64,000 nucleotides of DNA from Callorhinchus milii (taxonomy: Eukaryota). The position numbers were made by a program, and so were the translations under genes. The stretch is taken from positions 111,912,001-111,976,000 of the forward strand of contig NW_024704742.1 of assembly GCF_018977255.1 (NCBI RefSeq), read 5' to 3'. Each line of letters starts with the position of its first letter. Positions within the stretch are counted from its first letter, which is position 1. This document shows positions 62,881-64,000 of this stretch, in pieces. Below the pieces are notes generated by a model. The model was not told the origin of the DNA and did not search any database. It saw only the letters and a program-made list of their open reading frames with translations.

Positions 62881-64000
62881 ATCCGTGCCTCGGTATCTTA
62901 TACTTATGTTGACTTGTAAGTTATACCGACTGTGGGGCTGAGCTTGGAGAAAATAGAACCCTGGACTCAGTGGCAGAGCCAGGCTTTGCAACTGGGAGAG
63001 GGTGGCAGGGGCAGATTGGGTGTTTGGGAAATGGGGAAATTTCCTGAATGCCCCATGAATGGTTCCTGACCGCCCCTGTGAATGGCTCCCAATGCTTGCC
63101 ACCCCGTGGGGCCTAGTTCAGAATTTCTATTTAAGCCTGACAAAAAGTTTTGAAACACGCAGATGTCTTCTATGCTTTTTGGCGCCCCACATGAATCGGA
63201 GCCCCTATTTTACCTGATAATCTCAAGCCTTTTCGGGGAGCCAGGCCGCCAATGGTCATTATTGGCATTACCTACAATTATATCTCTCCTTATACCTCCC
63301 ACTCTGGCTCTCTTCCCATCACTCTCAGCTCCACTCATCCTCCCTCTGTCCCTCCCCAGCCCTGCCCACCTATTACCTCCACCACTGCCCAGACTAACTT
63401 ATACTGACTGAGGCTAAGCTCAGAGATTTTAGAAATTAGAAACCCTGCAATGAGTTATATGGAATGCAGGGCTGAGCTTGTAGGGTTTATCAAAAAGAAA
63501 AGGAACAAAAGGAGCAGGAAGAGAAAATTAGGTAAGGGATGGAAATAGTAGAACAAGAGACACAGAGGGTCAATAAACATGTCTGGCCATCAAAAATGGA
63601 TACGAAAAAAATACAATACAATTCGTATTTACAAGATCTGCCAGTGGTATTAGTGGTGGGCAAGTAGAGAGTTGAGAAATATTGATGGTGGCCAAAGTTA
63701 ATTTGCAGAGACAAAGCCTATGAAAATTGCTTTGTTTCTGTATAAATCTGAACATTGATAATTGGGATCTGGATTTCACTCTCCGTTTGGAATATTGGAA
63801 AATGTATTGAATGTGTATCGAATATAATAGATATTCCCCATCATGATGATGGCAAATTAACCTATCTATAGTTTAATACATTTTCCATCACAACCAACAA
63901 TCACCAGATTAAAGTACCCAAATGACTACTTGGTGGTGCTCAGACTGGACACCCTACTATCACCGGCAATAAAGAGAGGACATAAAGTCTAGTCAAATGA

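Noticed and set aside
52375..64000. Next MEF2C exon (GNGYGN...), beta exon and gamma domain
   Set aside because: I found no matching reading frame in this stretch; they are presumably downstream of the window.

Overview
Vertebrate genomic DNA, not prokaryotic. The window holds the internal part of a MEF2C gene on the + strand. The repeat content (L2 and CR1 LINEs, DeuSINE-type and LF-SINE-type elements, Penelope-like remnants) suggests a cartilaginous fish, possibly a chimaera, but this is inference. Five coding exons are visible with canonical AG/GT boundaries: the MADS/MEF2-domain exon (16865-17068), the mutually exclusive alpha1 (42715-42858) and alpha2 (42915-43052) exons, and two transactivation-domain exons (49403-49586, 52324-52374). 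The ATG exon and the 3' exons lie outside the window. The rest is intron containing L2/CR1 fragments, three SINE families, hairpin MITE-like elements and candidate enhancers. Most notable are a near-copy of the Mef2c F10 FOX:ETS endothelial enhancer core (9135-9175), two perfect MEF2 sites in tandem (22914-22945), a 56-nt alpha1/alpha2 intron, a miR-9-5p-like sequence just downstream of alpha2, and a SINE that appears to join CORE-like and Deu-like domains. I found no clearly new multi-gene system. Almost all short ORFs in the track are spurious or retroelement-derived. Comparisons to human/mouse sequences and repeat consensuses are from memory and need alignment to confirm.
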